Part shown: positions 20,629-30,725 of the stretch, piece after piece
Numbering within the stretch: the first letter of the stretch is position 1
Layout of the letters: each line of letters starts with the position of its first letter
From: an uncultured bacterium
GTDB taxonomy: Bacteria > Desulfobacterota_D > UBA1144 > Nemesobacterales > UBA2774
Direction: 5' to 3'
Assembly: GCA_963705505.1 (NCBI GenBank)
Contig: CAVPJU010000008.1
Location: 31,407 to 95,406 of the forward strand
Length of the DNA stretch: 64,000 nt
The notes under the pieces: generated by a model
What the model saw: the letters and a program-made list of their open reading frames with translations, nothing else
Databases searched by the model: none
Told to the model about the DNA's origin: nothing
Translations under genes and position numbers: made by a program

Positions 20629-21369
20629 TCACTGTCTCAGCTTCGTGAGGAGCCTCAAGAATTCGATGTAAAGCCAGATGAGAGTTACCATGAGTCCGAA
20701 CGCGCCGTACCATTCCATGTACTTCGGCGCGCCCTGGCTTGCGCCCTGCTCTATGAAATCGAAATCCAGGACGAGGTTGAGGGCCGCGATGACCACTACG
20801 AAAAGGCTGAACAGGATGCCGAACGTGCCTCCCGAGTATATGAACGGGACTTTTACACCGAAAAACCCGATCACCATGGATACAAGATAAACGACGAATA
20901 TCGCGCCCGTGGCAGCGACTACTCCGAGCCTGAATTTCTCCGTTACCTTGATAAGACCCGACCTGTACGCGATGAGCAGGGAAAAGAGGGTGCCGAACGT
21001 GAGCGCCACGGCCTGAAATACTATCCCCTTCAACTGAGATTCCGCGTACGCCGAGATGCCGCCTATAACGAGCCCTTCGAGCACCGCGTATACGGGGGCA
21101 GTGTAAGGCGCCCATGTCTTCTTGAATATCGTAATCATGGCGAAAACGAGCCCGCCTATGAGCCCCCCGTACATCCAGACCGCTACAGCCTGCATCCCTG
21201 ATTTCGTGAACATATCCCATAGCCAGAGGGCGGGAACCAGGACGAGGACGAGGAGAATTAGCGTCTTGTTTATCGTGCCGTTAACCGTCATTTGCCCGGC
21301 GGCCGTAATGTCGGGTGCGAGCCTGTCGAAAGTCTTCTCGCTTAATGCAGGGTTCGAGCTTTTCATCAT
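20629..21369 (-). CDS. Bax inhibitor-1/YccA family membrane protein
   Basis: SSNPAL, MTVNGTINKT, LDFDFIE, APKYMEWY, WLYIEFLRLL. Confidence 0.92.
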   Translation of the reverse strand: MMKSSNPALSEKTFDRLAPDITAAGQMTVNGTINKTLILLVLVLVPALWLWDMFTKSGMQAVAVWMYGGLIGGLVFAMITIFKKTWAPYTAPVYAVLEGLVIGGISAYAESQLKGIVFQAVALTFGTLFSLLIAYRSGLIKVTEKFRLGVVAATGAIFVVYLVSMVIGFFGVKVPFIYSGGTFGILFSLFVVVIAALNLVLDFDFIEQGASQGAPKYMEWYGAFGLMVTLIWLYIEFLRLLTKLRQ

Positions 21370-21680
21370 TTACCTCTTACCTCCCGTATGAGCTATCAAT
21401 ATTAACCTAACTTAGGAAAAAGTATATCACCTGAACGGCAGCTTGATAGCGGTTCGTACGGTGTCCGGGCGCGGACACTTTTAATCCGCCGCGTCAGGTA
21501 TAAATGTACCCGCACTGGTCTTATCCTGCTGCTTATCTCCGTTTACATTGATTCATCAGCTATTGCTTCCATTTGCAACAATAATTGTCATACCTGACGT
21601 TATTTGCCTCTGCAATTCGAACCAAACCGATTGCGCGGTAATAATATCCAATGATTGAAGCTGGTTATGACGATAGTTAA

Positions 21681-21696
21681 TGGCACATTTCTTGCA
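21681..21696 (+). promoter_or_regulatory. Sigma54 (-24/-12) promoter
   Basis: TGGCAC-ATTTC-TTGCA matches TGGCAC-N5-TTGC; 63 nt upstream of ATG 21759. Confidence 0.8.
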
Positions 21697-21758
21697 CACT
21701 CATCAGATTGGCTTCTATTAAATCCCGGAGTGGGATATCAGGTTGCGGAGATAGTAAT

Positions 21759-22416
21759 ATGAGCAGCGCAAGGATTATGGTTGTTGAGGACAGCGGGAAT
21801 TTCTCCGATCTTATCGGGGAGATCTGCTCACTTCATCGGGATACACGGTTCTGCCGGTTATATCCTCCGGCGAGGATGCGGTCAGGACGGCTGAGAGCAG
21901 CAGACCCGACATAGTGCTGATCGATGTCGAAGGGACGGCAAACTCGACGGTATAGAATCCGGCGGGACGGATAACGGAAAATCTCGGCATACCCGGTGAT
22001 TTTTCTCTCCGGATATACGGACGAGGACACCCTCAACAGGGCAAAGACCAAAAGAGCTGTCGGGATATCTGGTCAAGCCCTTCAATCAGACTGAGCTTAA
22101 GGCAGCGATAGAGATCGCTCTATATAAATACCGGGCGCAAGCCGGAGCGGGGAACGGCGCGGAGATACCGGGACAGAACGGCTGTGAGGAAAATCCCGCT
22201 TCAGAACTTAGAGACCCCTGGAAAGAAATTAAAGAGTATAGAGCCGAGATATGCAGACTCAACATGGAAATTGCCGAATTCAAGGAAATAATCGAGTCGC
22301 TCAACATAAGTCTCAACCAAATGCACGAGCATGAAGACACCATACTCCTTACGGAGGAAGAATCCGCTCCGCCCGAAAAGAAATTCGCCTCGATGATCGA
22401 GTTCGAGAGCGAATGA
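21759..22416 (+). pseudogene. Response regulator receiver + coiled coil, about five frameshifts
   Basis: Pieced translation: MSSARIMVVEDS../LLTSSGYTV..SSGEDAV..PDIVLIDVE/DGKLDGIES/AGRITENLGIP/VIFLSGYTDEDTLNRAKT/ELSGYLVKPFNQTELKAAIEIALYK. Confidence 0.8.
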
Positions 22417-22477
22417 TTCAATGCATATTGAATTAATCGAATGACGGCTTCTGCCTTATTTAATGAGAAGCCCTGAA

Positions 22478-23425
22478 TCAGGAAGCGGACGAGCGAAGCT
22501 CCGGCGAAGCGTCCTCCGCATAGAGCCTGCCCTGATACGTATCCCTTCTTTCGAGCTCCGCCTCAATCCCTCTTATCACCTCGATATGCGATTTATTCCA
22601 TCCGGGGGCGATAAGCAGGCTCCTCGGCGTGTCGGTGAAAAAGCGCTCGACGACTATCCGGGGCGAGAGCCTCTCAAGAAAACGCACGATAAAATCCAGG
22701 TATTCCTCGTACCCGAAAAGCTCAAACGGGCTTTCTTTATACATCCTGGCGAGCGGCGTGTTTTTCACGATGTGCAGGTTGTGAATCTTCAGGCAGTCTA
22801 TACCGAGAGCGGACACCTCGCGAGCCATCGCGAGCATCTCCTCCCTCGTCTCGGTCGGCATGCCGAGTATGATATGCGCCCCGAGCTCGAACCCCCTGCC
22901 CCTGGACATATCTATTGCGTCGAGGACAGACATGTAATCATGCCCCCTGTTCATGAATTCGAGCGACTTGTCGTACACGGACTCTATGCCGTATTCGAGA
23001 GAGACGTAGCACTCGCGGGCGAGCCTCTCGAATATATCTATCTTCTCCTCGTCCATGCAGTCGGACCTCGTACCCACTGCGATCCCCACGACGCCGTCAT
23101 ACTTAAGCGCCTCTCTGTACATCCCTTCCAATTTCCCGGCCTCATCGTAAGTGTTCGTATATGCCTGGAAATAGACGATGAACTTTTCCGCCTTGAACCT
23201 TCTTCTCAGGTAATCCATGCCGCTCGTGATCTGGTCGTGCATGGAATAGCGGGCGCGGGCGTAAGGAGGGACGAAGCTGTCGTTATTGCAGTAAACGCAG
23301 CCGCCGCGCGTGATGCTCCCGTCCCTGTTCGGGCAAGTGAACCCCATATCGACCGAGACCTTGTTCACACGGCACCCGAACCTCTCTTTGAGATAATCGT
23401 GGTATGAGTTGTAGCGTTTGTTCAT
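22478..23425 (-). CDS. TIGR01212 (YhcC-like) radical SAM protein
   Basis: FTCPNRDG..GGCVYC, YFQAYTNTY, LKIHNLHI. Confidence 0.92.
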   Translation of the reverse strand: MNKRYNSYHDYLKERFGCRVNKVSVDMGFTCPNRDGSITRGGCVYCNNDSFVPPYARARYSMHDQITSGMDYLRRRFKAEKFIVYFQAYTNTYDEAGKLEGMYREALKYDGVVGIAVGTRSDCMDEEKIDIFERLARECYVSLEYGIESVYDKSLEFMNRGHDYMSVLDAIDMSRGRGFELGAHIILGMPTETREEMLAMAREVSALGIDCLKIHNLHIVKNTPLARMYKESPFELFGYEEYLDFIVRFLERLSPRIVVERFFTDTPRSLLIAPGWNKSHIEVIRGIEAELERRDTYQGRLYAEDASPELRSSAS

Positions 23426-23539
23426 GCCTTACTGAAACAATGTAATTATATTGAGTTTCCTGCTGATATTATACAGGTTATGGAGGGTAGTATCATATCG
23501 TCAAAAACACTCGAACAGGTTCAGTCGCTTAACCGAACT

Positions 23540-23768
23540 GTCATTGCGAGCGCAGCGCGGCAATCTCACATTTAGCCCTCAATTCCCTCCTCAGAAAAAG
23601 AATCCGCCATCCGCCAACCTTCCCGAACATATACCCCGCGGAGCTTGGCGGATTGGCGGAAACTTCCATGAAAAAAAGATGAGATTCCGGGTCAAGCCCG
23701 GAATGACAAGGTAAGTTAGGCTGAGGGGTGAAACAGAAATCGTACATGAGCACACATTGTGTGCCCCC
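23540..23768. repeat. REP mosaic between converging/adjacent genes
   Basis: GTCATTGCGAGCGCAGCGCGGCAATCTC 23540; TCCGCCATCCGCCAA..TTGGCGGATTGGCGGA 23603-23660; GATTCCGGGTCAAGCCCGGAATGAC 23683; AAATCGTACATGAGCACACATTGTGTGCCCC 23737. Confidence 0.85.
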
Positions 23769-24446
23769 TCACACCATCCCCGCCGACGGGCAGAGGTGGC
23801 TTATCGCGCATTCCCCGCATCTCGGCTTCCTGGCGAAGCAGACCGTCCTCCCGTGGTCGCCGAGCGCGTTCGAGAAGAATGTCCATTTCTTTTCCGGTAT
23901 AAGCGCCCTCAAGTCATACTCTATTTTCTCGGGATCCGTGTGTGATGTGAGCTTGAGCCTTTTTGAGAGCCTCATGATATGCGTATCGACGATTATCCCG
24001 GGTATGCCGAAGTAATTCCCGAGCACGACGTTCGCCGTCTTCCTCCCCACACCGGCGAGCTTCGTCAGCTTCTCCATCGACGCCGGAACCTCGCCCCCGT
24101 ACTGCTCAACAAGCGCTTTGGCGCAGTTTAGTATGGATTTAGCTTTGGCCCTGAAAAACCCGCAGGAATGTATCTCTTCCTCGAGCTCCGCCCTGTCCGC
24201 GGCGGCGAAACGGGAGGCGGTCGGGTACTTCCTGAAGAGGTCCTTCGTCACCTCGTTCACCCTCTTGTCCGTGCACTGGGCCGACAATATGCACCCGATC
24301 AGGAGCTCGAGAGCATTTGAGTAGTCGAGGTGGCATTTTGCTTCCGGGTACTCCTCACCGAGAATCCGGAGTATCGAGAGCGCCCTCTTTTTCTTTTCCG
24401 CGGGACTTTCTCTCCCGCTTATCTTTTTAATCCCTTTTTCAGCCAT
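23769..24446 (-). CDS. nth: Endonuclease III
   Basis: LSAQCTD, HhH LAGVGRKTANV, VDTH, C-x6-C-x2-C-x5-C; start likely MAEKG at 24446. Confidence 0.96.
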   Translation of the reverse strand: MAEKGIKKISGRESPAEKKKRALSILRILGEEYPEAKCHLDYSNALELLIGCILSAQCTDKRVNEVTKDLFRKYPTASRFAAADRAELEEEIHSCGFFRAKAKSILNCAKALVEQYGGEVPASMEKLTKLAGVGRKTANVVLGNYFGIPGIIVDTHIMRLSKRLKLTSHTDPEKIEYDLRALIPEKKWTFFSNALGDHGRTVCFARKPRCGECAISHLCPSAGMV

Positions 24447-24455
24447 CTCAAGGAT

Positions 24456-24491
24456 AAAAAAAAGGGGACATGCCGCGGGCACATCCCCTTT
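24456..24491 (-). terminator. Rho-independent terminator after ferredoxin
   Basis: Minus strand AAAGGGGATGTGCCCGCGGCATGTCCCCTTTTTTTT. Confidence 0.7.
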
Positions 24492-24530
24492 CGCTTTTAT
24501 TTTCGAATTCAGTCCCCGCGCCGGGAAAGC

Positions 24531-24797
24531 TCAATCCTTGCGGGCGGGCTCGAGACCTTCCTTGCCTTCGAAGAAATCCGCATTCTTGGCAGTATATTCG
24601 TTCCATTTTTCGGGGAGCTCGTCCTCATGAAAGATTGCATCGACCGGACACGGGTCCACGCAGGCTCCGCAGTCTATACACTCTTCGGGATGAATGAATA
24701 ACTGGTCTTCGCCCTCGTATATGCAGTCAACGGGGCACGCTTCAACACAGGCTTTATCCTTAACTCCTATGCATGGCTCCGCAATAATGTACGCCAT
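24531..24797 (-). CDS. 7Fe-type ferredoxin (FdxA-like)
   Basis: [31 protein letters not shown]. Confidence 0.93.
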   Translation of the reverse strand: MAYIIAEPCIGVKDKACVEACPVDCIYEGEDQLFIHPEECIDCGACVDPCPVDAIFHEDELPEKWNEYTAKNADFFEGKEGLEPARKD

Positions 24798-24918
24798 TCT
24801 GAATACCTCCGAATAATTGTAATGTTTAATATACTTAATGCGCCTTTGAGGCGCAAGGAAACAATAGGTTATTACCTTGCAGAGGTCCCGTCAGCACATT
24901 GTAAATTTAAAGACGTTC

Positions 24919-25419
24919 TTACTTTTTATTTTGTCCCGCGTCCTGAGCGCCGTTAGTGCTGTCTCCCTGCTTCTTGCCCTGTCCCTCTGTCGGTTTTTCC
25001 CCGCTTATGGTCCCGGTCGCTTTTCCGTCTCCGGGCTTCGTACCGGTTTCGTTCGCTGCCGGTGTCTCAGGCGAAGTCGCCTTCCCTCCCGGAGCGGTAA
25101 CGCCGGCAGGGGCTTCTCCCTGCGGCGCTTTCTCTTCTACGGCCGGCTGCCCTTCATCGGTAATTACGGACTTGCTCACCGAGCTTGCAGCGAAATATCC
25201 GAGCGAAAGGGATGTCAGCATGAACAGTATCGCGAGTCCCCTCGTCACCTTGACTAGGAACGGCACCGCGCCGCTCGAGCCGAAAATGGATTCGCTCGTC
25301 CCGCCGCCGAATATCGATCCCAGGTCCCCGCTCTTTCCGGGCTGCAGCAATACTACTATGATGAGCAGTATGCTCACGATTATATGAATTATCTTTACGG
25401 AAAATAATATTAATTCCAC
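24919..25419 (-). CDS. secG: Preprotein translocase SecG with long low-complexity tail
   Basis: VLLQPGKSGDLGSIFGGG; follows tpiA. Confidence 0.92.
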   Translation of the reverse strand: MELILFSVKIIHIIVSILLIIVVLLQPGKSGDLGSIFGGGTSESIFGSSGAVPFLVKVTRGLAILFMLTSLSLGYFAASSVSKSVITDEGQPAVEEKAPQGEAPAGVTAPGGKATSPETPAANETGTKPGDGKATGTISGEKPTEGQGKKQGDSTNGAQDAGQNKK

Positions 25420-25421
25420 TT

Positions 25422-26180
25422 TTACTCTCCTGCTGTCTCGATTATGCCCGCCATAGACTCCGCCCTCAGGCTTGCGCCTCCGACGAGCGCGCCGTCTATA
25501 TTCGGCTCTGCAAGAAACTCCCTGATATTTTCTTCATTAACGCTCCCCCCGTAAACGATCCTTATGCGGGAGGCTGTATCCCCCAATATATTACCCGCAA
25601 TTTCGCGGATTGTACCCTGCACGAATTCCGCTTCCGCAGGGGTCGCGTGATGGCCGGTCCCTATAGCCCATACGGGCTCGTAAGCGATCACAAAACCTGC
25701 CGGGTCGTCGATGCCGATTCCGGCAAGAGCCTTTTCCACCTGCCCGTCCACGGTCTTTATGGTCTTCCCGTGCTCCTTCTCCTCGAGCGTCTCGCCGACG
25801 CATACGATCACGTTTAGCCCGCGCCCGAGGGATGCGCCTATCTTTTTCCTCACCATATCGTCCGTCTCGCGGAGTATATGCCTCCTTTCCGAATGGCCGA
25901 TGATTACCCACGAGCAGCCGGCATCGGCTAGCATACCGGGTGAAATCTCACCTGTAAACGCCCCTTTCTCCTCCCAGAATACGTCCTGGGCCCCGAGCAT
26001 TATGCCGGTCCCCCTGAGCTCCTGCCCGACGACGTCGAGCGCCGTAAACGGGGGAGCCAGTATTATATCAATTTTTTCGGCATACCCTTTCGTACTTTCC
26101 ACGACCCCGCGCGCAAGCTCCCTCGCCTCCCCCCTCAGCATATTCATCTTCCAATTGCCTGCAATAAGCGTTTTTCTCAT
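25422..26180 (-). CDS. tpiA: Triosephosphate isomerase
   Basis: AGNWKMN, GHSERR, AYEPVWAIGTG, YGGSV, LVGGASL. Confidence 0.98.
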   Translation of the reverse strand: MRKTLIAGNWKMNMLRGEARELARGVVESTKGYAEKIDIILAPPFTALDVVGQELRGTGIMLGAQDVFWEEKGAFTGEISPGMLADAGCSWVIIGHSERRHILRETDDMVRKKIGASLGRGLNVIVCVGETLEEKEHGKTIKTVDGQVEKALAGIGIDDPAGFVIAYEPVWAIGTGHHATPAEAEFVQGTIREIAGNILGDTASRIRIVYGGSVNEENIREFLAEPNIDGALVGGASLRAESMAGIIETAGE

Positions 26181-27370
26181 CTGATCCGGTTCTCGAGTGC
26201 CGTAATCGCGGGCAGAGTCTTATGCTTTATAAACTCGAGAGCCGCCTCCCCTCCGCTGGACAGATAACTCTTCCCGGCTTCGAGTCCCATATCCGTGAGA
26301 GCGTTAAGCGTGCTCTCCCCCACTATCCCGCTCCACGCATCCGACTCCTGGAGCGCCCTTGCAAACGCGGCTGTGCCCTCTCCGAACCCGGCCCGCTCGT
26401 ACATGCCCAGGGGCCCGTTCCAGAGAACCGTTCGCGCTCTTGAGATATGCTTTGCGAACTGCAGGCGTGTTTCGGGTCCGATATCTACTACCATGGAGTC
26501 ATTCGGGATACGGCCGCCGGAAATTATATAGGATGCGGGTTCATTGTTCAAATCCCCCCTTACGGCGATGAAGTCCTCGGGGATTACAAATCTAATGTCC
26601 CTCGACAAGGCGGAGGATATGAGCTTCTTCGCGCTGTAAATCGTGCCCTCGTCTATATCCGAACGGCCGATCTCTTTACCGAGCGCTTTAAGGAAAGTGT
26701 TGGCGAGGGCGCCCCCGACTAAAAATGTGTCGGCCCTGTCCATGAGACTCTCCATGAGCTCGATTTTCCCGGGCGAGCAGCTCCCTCCGATCACGGCAGC
26801 GAAAGGACGCTCGGGATTTTCGAAGCGGCCGAGGTTCTGCATTTCGTCCTTGAACCTGAGCCCGACGCATACGGTATCGAAGCAATCGGCAATGGCGAGC
26901 GTGGAAGCCCTCTTCTGATGTGATACCGAGAAAGCCTCGTTGACGTATATGTCCCCCACCTCGGAGAGCTTCCTCGCGAACTCGGGGTTATTGGCGAGCT
27001 CGCCCTTATGGAACTCAAGGTTCTCCAGCAGCATGACGCAGCTTGACAGCATGTCTCCGGATATTTTCCTGACGGCGTCCCCGATCGAGTTTTCAGGGAA
27101 GTATATCTCGCAGTCGAGGAGCTCGGAGAGCTTGCTGCCCAGGGGTTCGAGCGAGTATTTCCGGCTCATCCTGCCTCCGGCCCCGCTCAGGTGAGACGCT
27201 ATAATCACCCTCGCCTTCTGACCTATGGCGTATCTTATCGTGGGGAGCGCGAGGTGGAGCTTCCGGGCGTCCTCGATTTCCCCCGAGCGGGAGATGGGCA
27301 CGTCGAAATCGACCCTTATAAGCAGCTTTTTATCCCTGATATCAATTTCTGCGATCGACGGTATTGTCAT
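26177..27370 (-). CDS. pgk: Phosphoglycerate kinase homolog with degenerate active site
   Basis: PGK landmarks RVDFDVP, LENLEF, DIGPET, WNGPLG; position in pgk-tpiA-secG. Confidence 0.85.
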   Translation of the reverse strand: MTIPSIAEIDIRDKKLLIRVDFDVPISRSGEIEDARKLHLALPTIRYAIGQKARVIIASHLSGAGGRMSRKYSLEPLGSKLSELLDCEIYFPENSIGDAVRKISGDMLSSCVMLLENLEFHKGELANNPEFARKLSEVGDIYVNEAFSVSHQKRASTLAIADCFDTVCVGLRFKDEMQNLGRFENPERPFAAVIGGSCSPGKIELMESLMDRADTFLVGGALANTFLKALGKEIGRSDIDEGTIYSAKKLISSALSRDIRFVIPEDFIAVRGDLNNEPASYIISGGRIPNDSMVVDIGPETRLQFAKHISRARTVLWNGPLGMYERAGFGEGTAAFARALQESDAWSGIVGESTLNALTDMGLEAGKSYLSSGGEAALEFIKHKTLPAITALENRIR

Positions 27371-28521
27371 TGTGTCTTCTTTTTCGTTTTGCCGAGATAC
27401 TCTCCGAGCCTCCTCATCCCCTCCTCTATGTCGGATACGGAAGCGGCGTAGGAGAACCTGAGATAGCCCTCTCCGCCCTCCCCGAAGTCTATACCGGGAG
27501 TGACGGCGACATGCGCGTTCTCGAGTATATCGAACGCGAGCCTGTGGGAGTCGGGGTCTATGCCGGAAGCATTTACGAACACGTAAAAAGCCCCCTGCGG
27601 CTCTGTTTTAAGGGTGAACCCGAGCTCCGTGAGCCCTTCTATCATTGCCCGCCTCCTGAGGTCGAATTCCCCGACCATCCGGAGCGCATCGGTCTTCCCG
27701 CGCCTTATTGCCGCGGCGCCCGCCCTCTGCACGAAAGGGTTCGGTGAAATGAAGAGGTTCTGCTGGAGCTTCTGCACGGGGCGGACGAACTCATCGGGCA
27801 CTATAAAATACCCGAGCCTCCATCCGGTCATCGAATAGAGCTTCGAAAAACCGTTCACGGCTATGGCCTCCTCCGTGAACTCGAATATCGTCCTCGCCTC
27901 GCCGCCGTATTGAATGCCGTGGTATATCTCGTCCGAGATAACGAATATGCCGAGCGAGGCAACGTCCCCGATTACGCCGGGCATTAGCACCGCTCCGGTG
28001 GGGTTTGCGGGCGAGTTTATCAAAATTGCCTTAGTCTTCGGGGTGACCGCTTTTTTTAATCCGGCTATATCGATCTGATAACCCTCTTCCTCGTACACCC
28101 TCACCGTCCTGGGCACGCCTCCCGCTATCATTATCAGCTGCGGGTAGCATGCGTAATGCGGGTCCGTGATTATCACCTCGTCCCCCGGATCGAGCAGTGC
28201 GAGCATAGCGAGGAATAACGCGGGCGAGCTGCCCATCGTGATAATAACCCTTCCGGGAGAGATACTGACTCCGTATGTTTTTTCATAATCCTCGGAGATA
28301 GCCTCCCTCAGCTCAGGTATCCCGAGGCTGTGCGTATATTTCGTGTCCCCTTCCTTTATCGCTTTAACCGCTTCGTCGCAAATCACGGCGGGCGTGGGGA
28401 AATCAGGCTCTCCGACTTCGAAGTGTATGACACTCCCGCCCCGGGACTCAATCTCCTTCGCCCTCTCCAGCACTTCCATCACGTAAAATGGGGAAATATT
28501 TTCCGAAAGCTTGGACGGCAT
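27367..28521 (-). CDS. Class I/II PLP aminotransferase
   Basis: GEPDF, NSPANPTG, SDEIY, FSKLYSMTGWRLG. Confidence 0.95.
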   Translation of the reverse strand: MPSKLSENISPFYVMEVLERAKEIESRGGSVIHFEVGEPDFPTPAVICDEAVKAIKEGDTKYTHSLGIPELREAISEDYEKTYGVSISPGRVIITMGSSPALFLAMLALLDPGDEVIITDPHYACYPQLIMIAGGVPRTVRVYEEEGYQIDIAGLKKAVTPKTKAILINSPANPTGAVLMPGVIGDVASLGIFVISDEIYHGIQYGGEARTIFEFTEEAIAVNGFSKLYSMTGWRLGYFIVPDEFVRPVQKLQQNLFISPNPFVQRAGAAAIRRGKTDALRMVGEFDLRRRAMIEGLTELGFTLKTEPQGAFYVFVNASGIDPDSHRLAFDILENAHVAVTPGIDFGEGGEGYLRFSYAASVSDIEEGMRRLGEYLGKTKKKTQ

Positions 28522-28637
28522 GGGGTTTTATTCTATTTGCAAAGCCGGGGGTTGTCTAGGTGAACGGGCTCCCATAGCTTAAGAGGTGCGCCGTTCCGAG
28601 GCGAGGCGCGGTAATCTGGTTTTTATTTTTTCTTTCC

Positions 28638-28754
28638 CCGACATTACAGAATTTGCGTTAAGAAAATCACGTGTTTAAGCGTGAAAATCTTTCAGCTTCC
28701 CATTTGAAAGATTTTAGATTAAACACAAGATTTTTAGCATAATTCTGTAGTCGG
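28638..28754. mobile_element. MITE-like long imperfect palindrome (copy 1)
   Basis: Arms CCGACATTACAGAATTTGC...AAAATCTTTCA and TGAAAGATTTT...GCATAATTCTGTAGTCGG; homolog at 37676. Confidence 0.7.
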
Positions 28755-28903
28755 ATGATTTTTGCTTCTTTCCAGGCTAGGCAGACTCCGCCCTGACGAT
28801 TCATCAAGGAAAAGAAGGATAAAAAAATAGCATTCCTCCTTGTCTTTATAAGCGTGGTGAAACGCAGCACGGCGGTCACATACAAAGAAAAGACCGCTCC
28901 TCG

Positions 28904-28934
28904 TCAGGAGGTCATCATCAATACGGCCTCCTGA
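28904..28934. terminator. Hairpin downstream of thaumatin-like gene
   Basis: TCAGGAGGTC-11 nt-GGCCTCCTGA. Confidence 0.45.
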
Positions 28935-28980
28935 TCTACTCTTTTCTATTTATCATCGCATACAATACATACCGTCAGCG

Positions 28981-30687
28981 TCATTCCTCAGTCGCCGCGG
29001 GCTCCAACGTGGGCTGCGGCGTGGGCTGGGGATTGCCGCTGCTGCTGCAGAGCGTGACTACGTAATTTATATCGTCGCCCTGACAGGTAAAGAGCGCGTT
29101 CGCGAGACCTATCACCTGGTTCCCGTCGTCGAACGACCACGCGTATGCGCCCGCCTGATTCCCTCCCGTATTATCCCCGCACGCAGTGTGGACGTTATCG
29201 ATGTACGCCGTCGTCTTTTTTGTCCCGCCGTCGTACGTCGGCCACGCGGCGGTCCTGTTCAGGTTCGTATCGCACTGTCCGTACGGGTCGCACATATTCA
29301 GGGGAGAGTCGCAGCAGGGCGGGGTCGAGTTGCCCGTAGGCTGCACGTTCGTATTTACAGCGCATGTGGTAGGCGAGCTCATGGCACAGCTATTGGCATT
29401 ATCCCCGAAGCTGGTCATGCACACGCCCCACGCGTCATTGTTAGTCCACGGCGTTATGTCATAGTCGGAGGAAACGCAGCCAAGCCTGTTCGCGTCGGCC
29501 GTGCTCAGTGAATCGAGCGGCGGAAGCCCTATCGAGGCCATATTGAACGGCGAGAGGCATGTGCCGATCTCACCCCCCGTGCTCTGCACAAAGCCCCCTA
29601 TATTGCCCGGCGCGTCAGGCTCGAAAACGTATGTGTCCCACGGGCATGTCGGCATCTCCGTACACCCGGCCCCGGCGCTCCCGCAGCCGCTCTGACAGGG
29701 CGCGGTTTCGATCAGCACGTTGAAGCCGGCGACGAATGAAACGTCATAATTATCCATACCGTTGCAGTTTTTGGGAATCCCTCCGTCGAACGTGAACTCG
29801 GCCAGAGAAGCGGGCTTGGGACCGTTTATCCCTCCGCAATTCTCGACGCCCGTAGTGCCGCCGCAATTGCCCGTTTCGCAGGTGAGGTTTCCATTGGAGG
29901 CAGTACAGCCTGTCCGGGCAACAAGAATTCCCGAATCCCAGCAGTCGGGGATCGTCAATTCTCTTACGCCGCCAAGCCCGGTCGTATCGCCGGCCTTGGT
30001 CGGTATTTCCCACGTCGCGGTTCCGTCGGCGGCCCATGGGGGCGGCCCCACCCATGCGGAGTTGTTCGGGATTGTATTGCTCCCTTGCCCACCTTGCGGC
30101 CCGCAGTCGCCTATAGCGGGGGACCCGCTAGTGTTCGCCGCGCAGAGGAGAGGAGTGAAGCTTATGCTCTCCGCTCCAATCCATACCGATTCCGTACATT
30201 CGTTCACTATGCGTATCGTGTGTGTCCCGGCCGGTCCGGGCGAGGGGCACGGTACAGGCGCGGGAGTTGGTTCGGGCGTAGGTGCGGGTGTAGGCTCAGG
30301 GGTCGGAACCGGAGTGGGCACTGGAGTAGGTTCAGGAGTCGGTTCGGGTGTAGGCTCGGGTGTGGGCACGGGAGTCGGAACCGGCGTAGGCTGCGTTCCT
30401 ATAACACAGGCAGCCGGGAGGTCGGACTCGCAGGTCGTGTCTTCGGTTACCTGTTGGACAGAGCCGCATGCGGCGGGATTGGTCAGGGTGCAGCAGGCAG
30501 CCAGGCCGCCTTCCGCGCAAACCTCGCAGCCCGAGTCCGAGCCAGTGAGGTCGCATGTCCGCAATTCCGTATCGTCGTCATCGCCTGAACTCTCCCCGGG
30601 CGTCTCGCATCCGCCGATGTTCCCTAGACCGATGATAACAAAGAGAGAATAGACCAGTAGAACGTGAATCCAGTTGGATTTATTCAT
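28981..30687 (-). CDS. Thaumatin-like (PR-5) domain lipoprotein with Pro/Thr linker
   Basis: Lipobox-like IGG-C; [63 protein letters not shown]. Confidence 0.85.
   Translation of the reverse strand: MNKSNWIHVLLVYSLFVIIGLGNIGGCETPGESSGDDDDTELRTCDLTGSDSGCEVCAEGGLAACCTLTNPAACGSVQQVTEDTTCESDLPAACVIGTQPTPVPTPVPTPEPTPEPTPEPTPVPTPVPTPEPTPAPTPEPTPAPVPCPSPGPAGTHTIRIVNECTESVWIGAESISFTPLLCAANTSGSPAIGDCGPQGGQGSNTIPNNSAWVGPPPWAADGTATWEIPTKAGDTTGLGGVRELTIPDCWDSGILVARTGCTASNGNLTCETGNCGGTTGVENCGGINGPKPASLAEFTFDGGIPKNCNGMDNYDVSFVAGFNVLIETAPCQSGCGSAGAGCTEMPTCPWDTYVFEPDAPGNIGGFVQSTGGEIGTCLSPFNMASIGLPPLDSLSTADANRLGCVSSDYDITPWTNNDAWGVCMTSFGDNANSCAMSSPTTCAVNTNVQPTGNSTPPCCDSPLNMCDPYGQCDTNLNRTAAWPTYDGGTKKTTAYIDNVHTACGDNTGGNQAGAYAWSFDDGNQVIGLANALFTCQGDDINYVVTLCSSSGNPQPTPQPTLEPAATEE
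30250..30390 (-). repeat. Coding 12-bp degenerate tandem repeat ([12 protein letters not shown])
   Basis: About 11 PTPx units in translation. Confidence 0.9.
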
Positions 30688-30725
30688 TTTATCCCCTTCT
30701 ACACACGATGAGTTTCTAAAACTAT

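Noticed and set aside
24798-24918. Expected tRNA-Leu downstream of secG
   Set aside because: No cloverleaf or TTCGA/CCA pattern seen; no tRNA called anywhere in the window
30250-30390. 12-bp tandem repeat as a VNTR or CRISPR
   Set aside because: Synonymously degenerate coding repeat for an ordinary Pro/Thr linker
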